A stretch of 64,000 bases of DNA from Callorhinchus milii. Taxonomy: Eukaryota. The stretch lies in contig NW_024704742.1 in NCBI RefSeq assembly GCF_018977255.1, positions 70,372,001 to 70,436,000 of the forward strand, in the 5' to 3' direction. How positions within the stretch are numbered: position 1 is the first letter of the stretch; the number at the start of each line of letters is the position of its first letter. Shown in pieces: positions 50,601 through 64,000 of the stretch. The notes under the pieces are model-generated. The model did not search any database and had not been told where the DNA came from. It worked only from the letters and a program-made list of their open reading frames with translations. Position numbers and translations under genes: made by a program.

Positions 50601-52494
50601 ACTGATGTCCAGAATACAATTTCCCTTAACATTCAGGACACTGACTGCCTGTGCTGCTGTCTCTGACAGCCTGGGTTTAGGCAATATGAATTGCCTCTGA
50701 AAAGAGTAAAAAATAAGCCTCTATTTGGAAAACTCATTCAAATTAAATCAAAGGTGTTTGTATTGGGTGAGGTCAGCAAATAATAAGGTATTAAATAAGG
50801 TTTTTGATTGAAAATAACTAGCGCTTTGACTTAGCATCCCAAAGTGTGCGCTGACTGCAAAGGGTGGATAGGTTTAAAGGTGCAATCATTGAAGTGAGAT
50901 CTTCGTCTATTGTTGCTTTTTACTGAGTTTTTTTTGGTTTAAAGCCCTGAATTTGTGACTGAGCTAAGAATTTTTTTCTATTTATGACAGAAAGTGTCCT
51001 GTCAGCCTGGTACAGTTGTTAGCACTCTCACCTCTGAGTCAGAAGATTGTGGATTCAAATCCAAAGTTGGGACTTGAACTCATAGTCCATGATCGCGCTC
51101 CAATGCAGTGCTGGGGATGTGCTGCACTGTCATAGGTGCCGTCCTTTGGATGAAACATTAAACTGAGCTCCCGTCTGCCTGTTCGGGTGGACGTTAAAGA
51201 TCCCATGCCACTATTCGAAAAGAGAAAGGAGTTTCTCCTGGTGTCCTGGCCAACAATTCCCCAAATAAAAATGGTCACCCACTCCATGGCTGTTTATCGG
51301 ACATTACTGTGTGCAATTATGCTGCCGTGTTTGTCTACAAATACACAATTACTCCATTTTCACAGTAAATGCTGCGCCATCCTTCGAGTGAGACATTAAA
51401 CCAAGCTCCCTGTCTGTTCGGGAGGTCATTAAAAATCCTATGGCGCTATTGGAAAAGAAAAGGGAATTTCTCCTGATGTCTTGGCCGACAGATAAAATCT
51501 CTGGGTAAAATCAGTCACTCACGTCACGGCTGTTTGGGGGCATTTGCTGTGCGCAAGGCGGCTTCTGCGTCCGCCTACAATATACATAGTCACTACATTG
51601 AATAGTAAAATCCTGAGAGCTCTCAATGCTGTGAAAAGGCTCTGTATCAAATGGGAAAGATTATTGTGTTATTTATGTAATCCTGCATCAGTCGGTCTCT
51701 CATACGCCTCAATTGATTCCTTCGCCACGTTAGCTATGTCTAATCCCGTGTTGAATTCACTGTCACAATCTGCGTTCTCCACTTCCCTGTGGCAGTCTGT
51801 CACCACTGCTCACTGTGTAATAATATTAATCATCAATGCTGTCATCACCTCACTCTCCCCAGGTCCCAATATTCTGCCTTTGTCATGGCAGAAGGTTGTT
51901 TTCTCCCTAACACGATACCCAGGATTTCTGAGATTCTCAAATTAGGTCTGTAATAGGAAGCTGTTTTCTCCCGGTGTCTACTTCTCCAATAGAGCTCGAT
52001 ATTTCAACAGACTCCTGACTAGGTGTCAGCCTGGCTGAGTTTTTAGCACTCTCGCCTCTACTTCAGAAGGTTGATGGTTCAAAAGGTTTTACAGTGAAGT
52101 GCGGTGTCTGCGTATTTTGTAGGCGAATGATTTGCACAAAGCATCCCCCTACAAAACAGCCATGAAATGAATGACCATTTTTTTTATCTGGGGAGGGGGG
52201 GGTGGGGGTGCATTTGTTGACCAGGACATCAGGAGAGAGAAACTCCCTTTCTTTTCGAGTTGGGCCACAAGATCCTTAACGTCCACCTGAACAGATACAG
52301 ACGAGACCTTGGTTTAATAGCAGATTGATTGCATTTATATAGTGCCCTTCACGCAGGGTAGTGAAAAAGGCATTGGAGCGTGAGCTCAATGTCCCTTACA
52401 ATGGGGCTTCAACCCGCAACAGGGGATGGAAAAAGGGGGAAAGGGAAGGTGACCATTGACCCGATCAAAGAAGTAGGGTTTAAGTCAGGACGTG

Positions 52495-53170
52495 AACAAC
52501 AACATCAACAACAAGTTGGATTTATATAGTGCTTTTCATGTCCCAAGGCGCTGGACAGTTGTCACTCAAACTGGGGATTGGAATCAAGGGGTGGAAGGTG
52601 GGGGCTGGGGTTGGGGGGGGAAGTTGGAGGATGACTGAAGGCACACGCAAAGAGGAAGGTGTTGAGACAGGCCTTGAAGGAGGCAAGGGAGGGGGCGAAG
52701 TGGAGGAACTCCGGGATGGAGTTCGATAGGGGTGGGTGGGGCAGAAAGGCTGAAGGCCTGACTGCTGATGGTGGGATTGGTAGGGTGGGGACCTGGAGCA
52801 GGCTGGAGCCTGCTGAGGAGAGTCAGCAGTAAGGTTGGTGTTAGTATCTCACAGAGGTAGGGAGGAGCGAGTCCGTGGAGGGCTTCGAAAGTGAGGACGA
52901 GGATCTTGAACTGAATCCTCTGAGGGACAGGAAGTCAGTGAAGCCGGGTGAGGATGGGGGTGATCGGGTCAAGGAGCGGGAGAGGATCTGCAGCTTGTGG
53001 AGGGAAGAGTTGGGAAGTCTGGTGAGCAGGAAATTCGTGCAGTTAACCTTGGACGTGATGAAAGCATGGATAAGGGTCTCTGCGGCCTGAGGGGGGAGGC
53101 AGTGACAGAGGTGGTGAATGTTGCGGAGGTGAGGGAAGGCAAAACGGGTCATGGCATGGAATGACCCTTC
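52495..53170 (-). mobile_element. Older degraded L2 fragment
   Basis: Translated AETLIHAFITSKVNC..LP..SLHKLQIL; (GTT)n-like tail. Confidence 0.7.
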
Positions 53171-54840
53171 CTCTGCCCTTTGCCTTCCTCCCCTGAAGAT
53201 ATATTGGGCAGTGGAGAGAGACAAAGGGGTAGAGGGAGGAACTTCCAGAGGTTAAGGACATAGAACCTGATAGCTTGGTCACTAATGTTGGGACAGAGAG
53301 GGAGGGGATTCCCAGCAGGCCCTGAGTTGGGGGGTGGGGGGGAGCAGAGGAATGGATTAGGACAAGATCAGAGAGATAGGGAGGTGCTAGGGCGTGAAAG
53401 GATTTAGAGGTTAGGGAAGCATATTGCTCTGGGTTTACTTTTTCAGACCCATTTAAAATTTTATGCACCTCTGGGTTAGAAGCTCTTTCCTTCCATTTTA
53501 ATGAGCCTGGAATGGAATATAGAATGGCTGAGCCTATTACTATTTTATTTCCTTTCAATGTGATCTTCAGGAATAGTCTGGCTCAGTCAGTAGCATTCTC
53601 GACTCAGGCAGAAGGTATTGGGTTTGAGGTCCCATGTCGGGGACTCTGAGCTCACAGTCCAGGCTGATGCTCCAATGCAGCGCCGGGGGGAGAGCGCACT
53701 GCATTGTTGGAGTTGCGTTCTTCGGATGAGACGATAAACCGAGCTCCCCATCTGTGCATGTTCAGGTGGACATTAAAGATAAAAAACATGGGTCAGTCAC
53801 TCCATGGCTGTTTGTGGGATGTTACTATGTGCACATTAGCTGCTGTGTTCGCCCACAAAAATACACAGTCACTACACTTCATAATAAATCTTGTTAAGTG
53901 CTTTGAGACGTCCTCCCAATATGAGAGGCCATGTCTTCGGCAAGGGTTCTCAATCGGCAGAATTCCTGCCTCTCACAAATGTAAGGATTATTATTATGAT
54001 TATTTTTATGCCCTTTTCTGATTTCTTCTGAGCTTGTCGAAATGAGTAGAATGACGGAGATAGAAGCCGGCTGTAACGTTTGTGCCGATCTTCCCATCCC
54101 ATCCGAGTCTGTCGCTAATCAGCAAATTAGATCTCTCTGTTGCAAAAAAGAAAGCAAAAGACTTTGAACAAGGCTCCCAGCCTTTGGAAACCTCACGGTT
54201 GTTGTTTAGCATTGCGCTGTAAATCCATTATTCTCAGTAAAATAAAAGTTGAAATTAAATAATCATAACAGCCCCTGAGCGAGCTGGATACAAATATTAC
54301 GTGGAAACACACTTTCTTTTCTCTCATTGTTAAAATTGACCTAACCTTGTTACAAAGATTATTTTTAATACATCTTTTTGAGATCTTTTCAAAGAAGCAA
54401 ACTTGAGTTTAATTGAATTTATAGCACAAGGAACATAGAGAGGCAGAGGCGGGAGGGGAAGGAGTGAGAAGTGTAGCCAGGGGGAATCAGGAGAATCATC
54501 GAATCTTATAGGGCAGAGACCATTCGGCCCATCATGCCTGTGCCGACTCCTCCCTCTTACCCCATAGCAATGCAAATCTTTCCTTTTCAAGTACCTATCC
54601 AATTCCCTTTTGAAAGCTCCTATTGAATCTGCATCCACTAGCCTTTCAGGCAGTGCATTCCAGATCGTAATACAGATCTAGCAAATGATGAATTCAGGTC
54701 ATTTGCTTATCTTATTTCCTAGCCAGAGAACCTGTTTTGTCTTGAAATTTAAGAATAAGTACTGAAAATTAGTCAATTCAAATCTAGAATTCGGAAGCTA
54801 TGTTTTCTGTCGTCCACCACTCTATAAAACCGCACTGTAT

Positions 54841-55495
54841 AACAACAACAACAACAACAACAAGATTCCATTTATAAAGCGCCTTTCACGTCAGGAGGAC
54901 GTCCCAAGGCACTGCACAGTTGGGTCATGACCCGAGCAGGGGGGAAATGGTCAGGGTGAGGGAAGGGGAGGGAGCGAGGAGGGGGGAAATGGTCAGGGTG
55001 AGGGGAGGGAAGGGAGGGAGCGAGGAGGGGGGAAATGGTCAGGGTGAGGGGAGGGAAGGGAGGGAGAGAGGAGGGGAAGAGAGTCGAGAGGGGAGCTGAA
55101 GGCTCGGTCAAAGAGAAAGGTTTTGAGACCGGCCTTGAAGGAGGAAAGGGAGGAGGCGGCGAAGGCACTGGGGCATAGAGTTCCAGAGCCTCGGGGCTGA
55201 AGGCCCGACCACCAATGGTAGGGCGATTGGGGCGGGGGACGTGGAGCAGACCGGAGCCGGAGGAACGGAGGGTACGGGCAGGTAGGTAGGGGATAGTAGG
55301 TTGGAGAGGTAGGAGGGAGCGAGGCCGTGAATGGCCTTGTAGGTGAGGATGAGGATCTTGAAATCAATCCTCTGGGGGATGGGGAGCCAGTGGAGGCGAG
55401 CGAGGGTGGGAGTGATGTGGTCCCGAAGCCTGGTGCGGGACAGTACACGAGCTGCAGAGTTCTGAATGACCTGCAGCTTGTGGAGGGAGGTGGCA
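54841..55495 (-). mobile_element. L2-clade LINE 3' end (subfamily 1) with 3 copies of the 3' UTR repeat
   Basis: [41 protein letters not shown]; (GTT)7 tail. Confidence 0.88.
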
Positions 55496-57492
55496 TTGGC
55501 TACAAAATTCACAGTCACTACACTTTACAGTAAGATCCTGTGAAGTATTTTGAGACGCCCTTCCAACATGAGAGGAAGCTCCACATCAAATGCAAGGATT
55601 AAAGTCGGTAAATCCTCACTGCTGAGTCAGAAGGTTGTGTGTTCAAGTCACCAGATTAGAGACTTTGAGCTCAGTCTAGGCTGACCCTCCAATAGAGTGG
55701 GGAGCACTGCATAGTTGTAGGAGCTGAGCTTTGGATGAGATGTTAAACTGAGGTCCTGTCTGTGCCCTCTTCAAGTGGACGTTAAAGATCCGGTGAAGCT
55801 ATTCGAAAAAAGAAATGGGAGTTTCCCTTTCCTGCTGTCCTGGCCGACAATTCCCCCAGATGATATTGACATGATACTGACATGTTTGGCAAAAGAATTT
55901 CAGAATTGAGCCAACCTTCTGCGGAGTCTTGCAGTTCAGTTCCTGAGCCAGACGGGTCCCCAGTATTCCAGGGCCACTGCTGATGACAGCACAGCCCAGC
56001 CTGGCTCATCGGCAAGAGCTGGAAGGGCAGATCATTCACGGGGGGCAGAGAATGCTCCCACAGGTCCTGTTAACCCTTTAAGCCAAAGCCCTAACCCGTA
56101 GGATGATCCAAGTTGGACAACCAGCAGGAAAGCTTGTCAGGCAGTGCTTTCAATGGTAAGCTATGCATCTTTAGCTGATTAGACGCCAGCAGTTACCCCA
56201 ACCCACATTCTGGGGTCCCCCGAACCTCGGCTCTTGCCAACCTGCACCTAATACATCCAGAATTAGGTAAGAAGGACACGTCCCTCCAGGGAGAGAGCGC
56301 ACATTTCATTCCAATAAACCTCTCTGGAATCTCCATGTGTAGGTGGGATGCATGGAATTCTCAGTTTGGGTTGGAGACTCTGCATGGCAAGTCACCCGTC
56401 TGACCCCCAAAAAATATGTAAATTGGGCTGCCAACAAAAATAGTCACTTCACTTTACAGTGATGGACTTTGAGACACTCTTCCGACGTGAAAATCACGAT
56501 ACAAATGCAAGGGTTATTTTTATTATAGGTGTGACAGGGAATTCCCGAGACAAAACAGAGATGTCACACAGGATTCTCTTTTATTACAGAGCTGAACATT
56601 GACCTGGAATGTAATTCAGATCTCTCAGATGATTTTTGTTTTTGCTCTGCCGGGTGTCTGATACATGCGGATACCCGTCAGCATTCTCAATAGTATCCAA
56701 ACCAAACTGAGAATTCCATGCATCCCACCTACACATGGAAATCCCAGAGTTTGTTGGAATGGAATGCGCACTCTCTCTCCCTGGAGGGACGGGGATAAAT
56801 AAACTATATTCAAACACCTTCTCCTCAGGAGAACATCTCAAAGTGCTTCACAGGATATTACTGTAAGCGAACGAGGCAGTCAATTGATGAAGCAAATTTC
56901 CATCTTTACAGGGGGCGGGAGGGGATATTGTCGGCCAGGACAATGGGAAAGAGAAACTCCTTTCTCTCATTTTCCAATAGCGCTGCGGGATCTTTAACAT
57001 GCGCTTGAACAGGCTTCTGACTCAGAGGAGAGCGTGGTAACTGAGCCAGACTGTTAGTTAAAGTGAAGTAAAAATATTTCACTGTTTGAGCCATTGGACC
57101 AAATATGCCCACGAGCTCGAATCATTAACACATTTTTACTGCAGTTTTTGAGCTAATGAATCAATTGGATTTGATTAATCAACATAATCTCTGCTCAGTT
57201 TGCCCTTGAGGAAAGGCATAATTGATGTGCCTAATGAGGAGGTTTAGTCTGTGGTTCATTGGATCTGAAATTTCTCATGGTCTTAGCCTTAAGATCATCA
57301 TCTCTGCCATCGATACAAAAAAAATAATAATGTGGTCACTCAATCCACGACTGTTTGAATTTGGCTGCCACGTTTCACCCACAAAATATACAGTCAATTC
57401 ACTTTACATTATATTCTGTGAAACGCTTTGAGACATCTAGAAGATTTGATAAGGCGCTATATCAAATTCAAGGATTCCTCCTATGGAGTCCT

Positions 57493-57822
57493 GTGGAGTC
57501 CTGTAGCTCAGTGGTTAGAGCACTCGCTTTGCAAGCGAGAGACCTGGTTCAATTCCAGGCAGAGGGTGAAACCTTGGGCAAGTTTCCTTACTCCACACAG
57601 AGCCTAATAATAATCCCTCCAAAACCAAAAATAGTAATAAATTGGTCATTTTCAATCTACGACTGTTTGTGGGACATTGCTGTGCGCAATTGGCTGCCGC
57701 GTTTGCCCACAAATATACAGTCAATTCACTTTACAGTGTGTTCTGTGAAGCGCTTTGGGCCGACGTGAAAAGCGCTATATCAAATGCAAGGATTATTATT
57801 ATTATTATTATTATATATTATT
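57493..57822 (+). mobile_element. SINE family A copy with a duplicated 5' end, abutting an upstream SINE tail
   Basis: tggagtcctgtggagtcctgtagctcagtggttagagc at 57483; (ATT)n tail. Confidence 0.8.
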
Positions 57823-59769
57823 ATATCTTGCCATTCTGCCCCCGGGCTCAAGGACTCCATGCTGGAGTTGTAATGTGTTGTTCTGGATTTAATTTTTTTA
57901 ATCCCATTTAAAATTTTATCCACCTCTGTGAGGTCCCCTCTGAGACATGTTCCATCATGACTAAAGAGCCCCAGACAGACACCAGGAAGTATTTTTGAAC
58001 AACTGGAATGGTGGTTGCCGGGAAGCGTGCTTGGGGCCGGGAAGCTGGGACTCACTTAAAAAAGAGCTTGATGCCGTGACGGGGGGATAGTCAGGCAGGT
58101 ATTCTTGGGGGATGAGGTCAGATGGGCCGAAAGGCCTTCTTTATCCGAAACCTTGTGAGTCAAAGGCAGAATGGGCCTGTGCTCCTTCAGAGAGAGCAGA
58201 GGGAGAGGAGACCATTTCCATTCAATCTGAGTTGGATTCCAGCCCAGAATTTAAGAGATGAAGAGTGGAGTCAGCACACAAGTCTGAGGGCAGGTTTGGA
58301 AGGCTGCCATCCTGAGGGACATTAATCAAAGACAACTTCTTGCCTTCAGTCTGGGCTGGATTTCAACTAGTTCTCCGGGTTTTGGGAAGACGCAGTGTAA
58401 TATTTAAAAGACGTCTCTCCGAGGGGACCAAAATAAAATTCTAAATGGAACTGAGAAAGTAAACCCAGAATAATACTTTTAGATGTGCCCAGACAGTGAA
58501 AAGTTTCGGAGTTGCAAGTGGCAATTTCAGGACAGGTACCAGGAAGTATTTCTCTACATAGATTAATGACTGAAATGGAGGGATTACCAGCGGGGCTGAT
58601 TGAGGCCAAGACCCTGGGACTCATTTAGGAAACGGCTCGATGCTGTGATGGGACAACAGTGTGGGGAGAGGGGGGGATTCTCGAATGACCAGATCATAAT
58701 AGGCCAAAAGACCTTCTTCATATGATCTAATCTCATGCTCTGGTGACCTTGTGATCTGGTGATTTTAAGATATGATGGTCTTAGAACTGTAGAACCACAG
58801 AAACTTACAGCACTGAAAGAGACCATTCAGCCCATTGTATCCATGATGGTTATTTTTAAGGGCGATCCTTTCAATCCAATTTACCTGGCTTTTTTTCCCC
58901 CCATTTCCCTGTGGCTTACTGCCCTGGCTGGCTGAGAGTTAAACTCTCTAGGGTGGTACCAGGCTTACTGTCCGAGACATGGAGCACTCGTGTGCTTGAT
59001 AGCCAGCATGTGTAATGGCTTCCAGTCGCCCTACAGCAGTCCCGCTGTCTCCCACTCTCACTACTATTTCTCACTGTTCCTGCTAATTCCCGCTGCTCCA
59101 GTAAGCTCTTCCCACGCGTTAAGCAGCTTACACTGATTCCTCGCCACCGTTGTCTTTAATCTGCTGTTAAAGGGGACTGAGACGCGCTGCCCTACATCCC
59201 CCAAGAAAGGGCTTACCCGGTATTTTTGTAATGCCTCTGCGATTATTTAAATAATAATAATAATCCTTGCATTTGATAATTTGATTTTCCAGGAAAAGTC
59301 TCAAATGTTTTGAGTAGGCTGGTGCGTTTATATTTTTATAGGTGAATGCGGCAGCCAATTTGCACACAGCAAAGTCCCACAAATGGCCATGAAATGAGAG
59401 ATTTTATCTGGGGAATTGTTGGCCAGGATACCGGGAGAGAGAAACTCCCTTCTTTTTTTGAGTAGCGCCTCGAGATCTTAAACGTTCACCTGAACAGATA
59501 CAGATGGGAGCTTGGCTTCACGTCTCACCCGAAGGACGGACCCTGTGACAATGAGTGCCTCCCCCCAGCACTGGGCTGGAGCATCATCCTAAACTGTGAG
59601 CTCAACGTCCCACCGTGGGGGTGGGGGGACTGTGGAGAATAGGGAGGGGGGCTTGAACCCACCACATTCTAACCCATGACCTTTCAAATGGGAAACAGAT
59701 CCACCGTCCATCCACAGACAATATGAAAGGGCCCTGAAGCCATTCACACTGAACCGTGGGGTGCCACAA

Positions 59770-60084
59770 GAGGTGTCTCAAAACGCTTCACAGAAGTTAA
59801 TTGACTATATCTTGTGGTCGAATCGCAGCAGCCAATTGCGCACAGTAGTGTCCCACAAACAGTCGTGGATTCAGTAACCAAATTATTTATTTATTTTGGA
59901 GGGATTATTATCCGCAACCAGAAAGTGATCCAATCGACTTACAACCTGGTTCCTACTTACTGCTAGGTAAACAGAGGTGTGTGGAATAAAGAAGCTTGCC
60001 TAAGATTTCACCTCGCCCTGAAATCAAACCCACGTCCTCTCACTCGCGAGTCAAGTGCTCTAACCACTAAACTACAGGACTCCA
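59770..60084 (-). mobile_element. SINE family A copy
   Basis: Reverse complement of the head ends at ...ctacaggactcca (~60084). Confidence 0.75.
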
Positions 60085-63000
60085 CATATTTTGCTGCTTG
60101 CTTTAGCTTTCCGTCCCGCCTCATACACCAAATGTCTGCTCCTAGGCTGTCACTGACCAGCAACTCAGAGCGGAAGCCAGAGGAACAGACAGTGAATGGG
60201 AGCTGCCAGTCCTCAGCTGTCCACCTTCATTACACTGAGGAGTGTTCAGCTCCTATTCATACGTTGAGCTCAGCATATCAAACAGCCATCATGGTCGGGA
60301 AAAGGCGAAATATTCCACCGGGGAGAAACTCCCTTCTCCTTTTGAGTCGTGATAGTGATAAAAGGACTTTGTGTCTCAGCATGGCTCAGTTAGCCACACT
60401 CTCGCCTCTGAGTCAAAAGGTTGTGGGTTCAAGCCCCACATTGTAACTATCAGCTCACAATCTGAGCTGTGACTGACACTCAGAGGCGATGTCCTTCAGA
60501 TGAGACGTTAAACGAAGGTCCCCTCTGTGCCCGTCCAGGTGGACATTAATGATCCCGCGGCGCTACTGGAAAAAAGGAAGTTTCTCTCTCTCGGTATCCT
60601 GGCCGACAATCCCCAAGATAAAATTGGTCATTTACTTCATGGTCATTGCAGGATTTGCTGTGTCCAAAATGGCTGCTGCCTTCTAACCGGCATTCGCCTA
60701 CAAAATACAGTGTCACTGCACATTAGAGTAAAATCCTATGAAGTGATTTGAGTCATCCTCCCGATATGAAATGGAGAGATTTATTATCAATCATTAATAT
60801 TATTACATGATGGTTTGCAGGAAATTGCAGTGTGCAAATTGGCTGCTGCATTCGCCTACAGAACATAATACTACCAGAAGCAGGCTTGTAATTTTGTGGG
60901 TTGGTAGGGTTGCAGGAGGGTGACCAGATGGGGTGGAGGGGTGAGATCATAGAGGCAATTGAACGCATGGCGAGGATCCTGAACTCAATCCATTGGATGG
61001 GGAGTGAATGGAGCCGAGCGAGGGTGGGGTCAAGGTCTGGTGTGTATGAGGGCTCCTAACCCAAATTACCACCTTTTTAAAAAAAAATTAATTTCTGTGT
61101 CATTCAAAACCCTTGACTTTTGGGTTGCTGATTAGGTACCAGTCATATTGCGCTACTGTAACCCCCTCCTCACATCGATGTAGTGAAGATTATTATATTA
61201 AATACTTACTATCAAAGGGGAAATATGTATATGTATGTGTGTATATGTACATTTATATACACGTTTATTTGTGTGTGTGTCTCTCTATGTGTGTATGTAT
61301 GTTTATGTGTAATTATGTGAATATGTGTGCTTATACATATGTATGTGTGTGTATGTACATTTGTGTGCACGTGTGAATGCGTATGTGTGTATAATAATAA
61401 TAATTATCTTTGCATTTGATATAGCACCTATCACGGCGTTGAGATATGTGTAGAGTATGTAATGTGTATATGAGTGTGCGTGCATGTGTGTATATAAGGA
61501 CATGTATAAATGTGTATGTGGGTCTGTGTAAGTGTGTAGTGTACATATATATAAGTGTGTATTGTTCATGTATGTAAATGTGCGTGTGTATTTGTGTCTA
61601 TATATGTCTGTATGTGTATGTAGGCTAGCGTGTATGATTTTTGTTTGGCCGGGAACTTGCCACCAAAGGCAGCGCCCGTTTAAGAGTTGACTGGCACTGA
61701 CGTCAGGCGTAACAGCGCAGTGGCTCCCTGCTCTGATCACTCGTGGTGTTTTAGCTAAATACACCAAAGGAAAACCTGCTCAGCAATCATGTTCCTGTCA
61801 CGCTCGTCAAATTAAAGACATCCCGGGCTGCCCCAGCCGAGGGCACTCAAGCACAGGATCAGAACTGCGCAGGAGAGGAGCAGCTGAGAGGAACGTAAGC
61901 AGTCCTGGCGGGCTGTACGTCAAATATAGAAGAACTTGCAATTTATCTGTTTATTTGTTTATTCTCCTAAAAGAAACAGTCACTACACTATAAAGCGAAT
62001 CCCACAAGGGGCTTTGAGACATCCTCCCGACATGATTAACAACAACAACAAAATTACATTTGTATTAACGCCTTTAATGTCGAGAGGACATCCCAAGGTA
62101 CTCTGTCAGATGCAAAGCATTATTAACAACTGATAACTCATCACTCCGAGGGAAAAGGGCTCAGTGACGAGTTATCAGAGTGGTGAGTTAGGCATAATAA
62201 TAAATCTTGCATTTGATACGGCAGCTTATCACGTCTTTGAGACATCTCAAAGCGCTTCACAGAATATAATGCAAAGTGAATTGACTGTATATTTTGTGGG
62301 CGACATGTATAGGCATTTCTATAAATACATAAATAAATGCAGCCAGGATACTGACAGCATGATGATTTAAGTGATAGTGACAAGTTAAGGCAGGGTTGAG
62401 TTATCAGGAGTTTACTGCAGTTTTGCATGGCTTCTCAACATCAAAACTACTCACATCCATTCCCTCGCAACTCATTCCTAACAGGTGTAGTTTTTTTTTT
62501 GCATTCAAACATGTGAAAAAAATGCAGTTTTTTAATATATTCACGACAAAACACCTCAAAGCGCTTCACTGGATCTTCCAGTGTATTCGCCCACAATACA
62601 CACGGTCACTGCACTTTACAATATATCCTGTGAAGTGCTTTGAAGTGTCCTCCTGACATGAAAGGTGCTAATTCCTAATGTAAAGATTAGTATCGTTATT
62701 ATCACTATTATTGATGAGATGCTGTGTCAAATCGTATTATGATGTGAACCGTAAACAGGTCAGCATTGAGTGCTACCCAGAACAGGGAAAATACATTCAC
62801 TCCATGTTTAAATGCTGGGCAAAGCTATCACCTCTCTCCGTGGCTCAGTTTGTATATTTGTTTGTTTCCCCCTTGATTTCACAAGTTGTGTACAGCGTTC
62901 CCCCCCACCACCCCACCCCCAAAAAGAGTTTTACTCAACTTTTCTGGCTCCTGTCAAAATAAATCAGCCCAAGTGATCACAGGCTCCTAATGAAAGGAAT

Positions 63001-64000
63001 AAACTGACGTGATTCTCAGCGATCAATGCCAGACTTGGCCGTAAATCTGCAGCAGAGTGGAACAGGCAGCTTATAAATGCCATCCGTCGGGGATGTTTCT
63101 CTCGAAGGTGAACGAATGACACAAACAAACCAAGAACATCCTCTACTCCCTCCCTCCCATCCTTTTTTCTGCTCAGCATCCAATGCAATGCTCCAGGACA
63201 TTATTGCAAGTTGTTGTTGTTCAAATTGATAACTTATATAATAATAATAATCTGTGTGTTTGATACAGCGCCTTATCACATCATCGAGATAATAATATTA
63301 TTGCATTTGATATTGGGCCTTATCATGTGATTGAGATCCCTCAAAGCGTTTCACAGAATATATTGTCAGAGAGATCTCAAAGTGCTTCACAGGATTTTTC
63401 TATAAAGTGTAGTGACTGTACTTTGTAGGTGATTGCGGCAGCCAATTTGCGCAGATCAACTTCCTGCAAACAGCCACAAAGTGATTGACCGATTTTATTT
63501 GGGGGGTTGTTGGCCAGGACACCAGGGAGAGAGACACTGTCTTTTCTTTTACAATCCCGACCTTTAACGTCCATCTGAACAGGCATGAATGAGACCTCGA
63601 TTTAACGTCTCATCCGAAGGATGGTGCCTCTGACAATGCGATGCTCTCCCCCCTCCACATCCCCCAGAGCTGTGCTGCAGTGTGAGTCTAGATATAAGCA
63701 ATTAAGAAGACATTATGGGGGTATTTTAATAATAATCCACCTGAACAAGCACAGATGGGGGAACTCTGTTTAACATCTCCTACAAAGGACAGCAAGCTGA
63801 TAATAATAATCTTTGATTTGATATAGCGCTTGTATCATGTCGTTGAGACAAACGCTTGTGTATTTTGTGGGTGAATTGCAACATAAATAATATTAGAATA
63901 AATAATATTATATTAATTATTATAATGAATAGCAATAATCGTTGCAATCTGATACAGCGTCTGAAACATTAATAATGTATCAGAGTCCTTGGCAATGATT

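Larger units (their letters stand above)
34348..64000 (+). other. Long DOCK2 intron (at least 29.6 kb, open at window end) hosting the nested gene
   Basis: No further DOCK-like exon recognised by eye after 34347; the other introns in the window are 0.3-6 kb. Confidence 0.7.

Noticed and set aside
61657..61677. CTCF-like motif ttgccaccaaaggcagcgcc
   Set aside because: One base short of the CCASYAGRKGGCRS spacing and lacks the central AG; too weak to call.

Overview
Repeat-rich vertebrate genomic DNA, not prokaryotic. The repeat content (Deu-type and tRNA-derived SINEs, L2 and CR1 LINE remnants) suggests a cartilaginous fish, possibly a chimaera; this is an inference. The + strand carries 14 consecutive internal coding exons (1087-34347; 1520 nt; all GT-AG, phases consistent, one open frame) of a DOCK-A family Rac GEF, best matching DOCK2 (DHR-1/C2 domain into the armadillo/helical region). 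After the last exon a long intron of at least 29.6 kb runs off the window. Inside it, on the - strand, lies the terminal coding exon (46983-47175) of a nested INSYN2/FAM196-family gene, most like INSYN2B. Its upstream exons were not found and probably lie beyond 64000. The rest is three interspersed-repeat systems, minisatellites, microsatellites and unique AT-rich candidate enhancers. I found no wholly new biological system. The best leads are the nested antisense gene, an NF-kB-motif minisatellite next to a DOCK2 exon, inverted-repeat structures near the INSYN2B 3' end, and a LINE/SINE tail-sharing system. Homology calls rest on my recall of the protein and repeat families and need database confirmation. 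Repeat boundaries are approximate.
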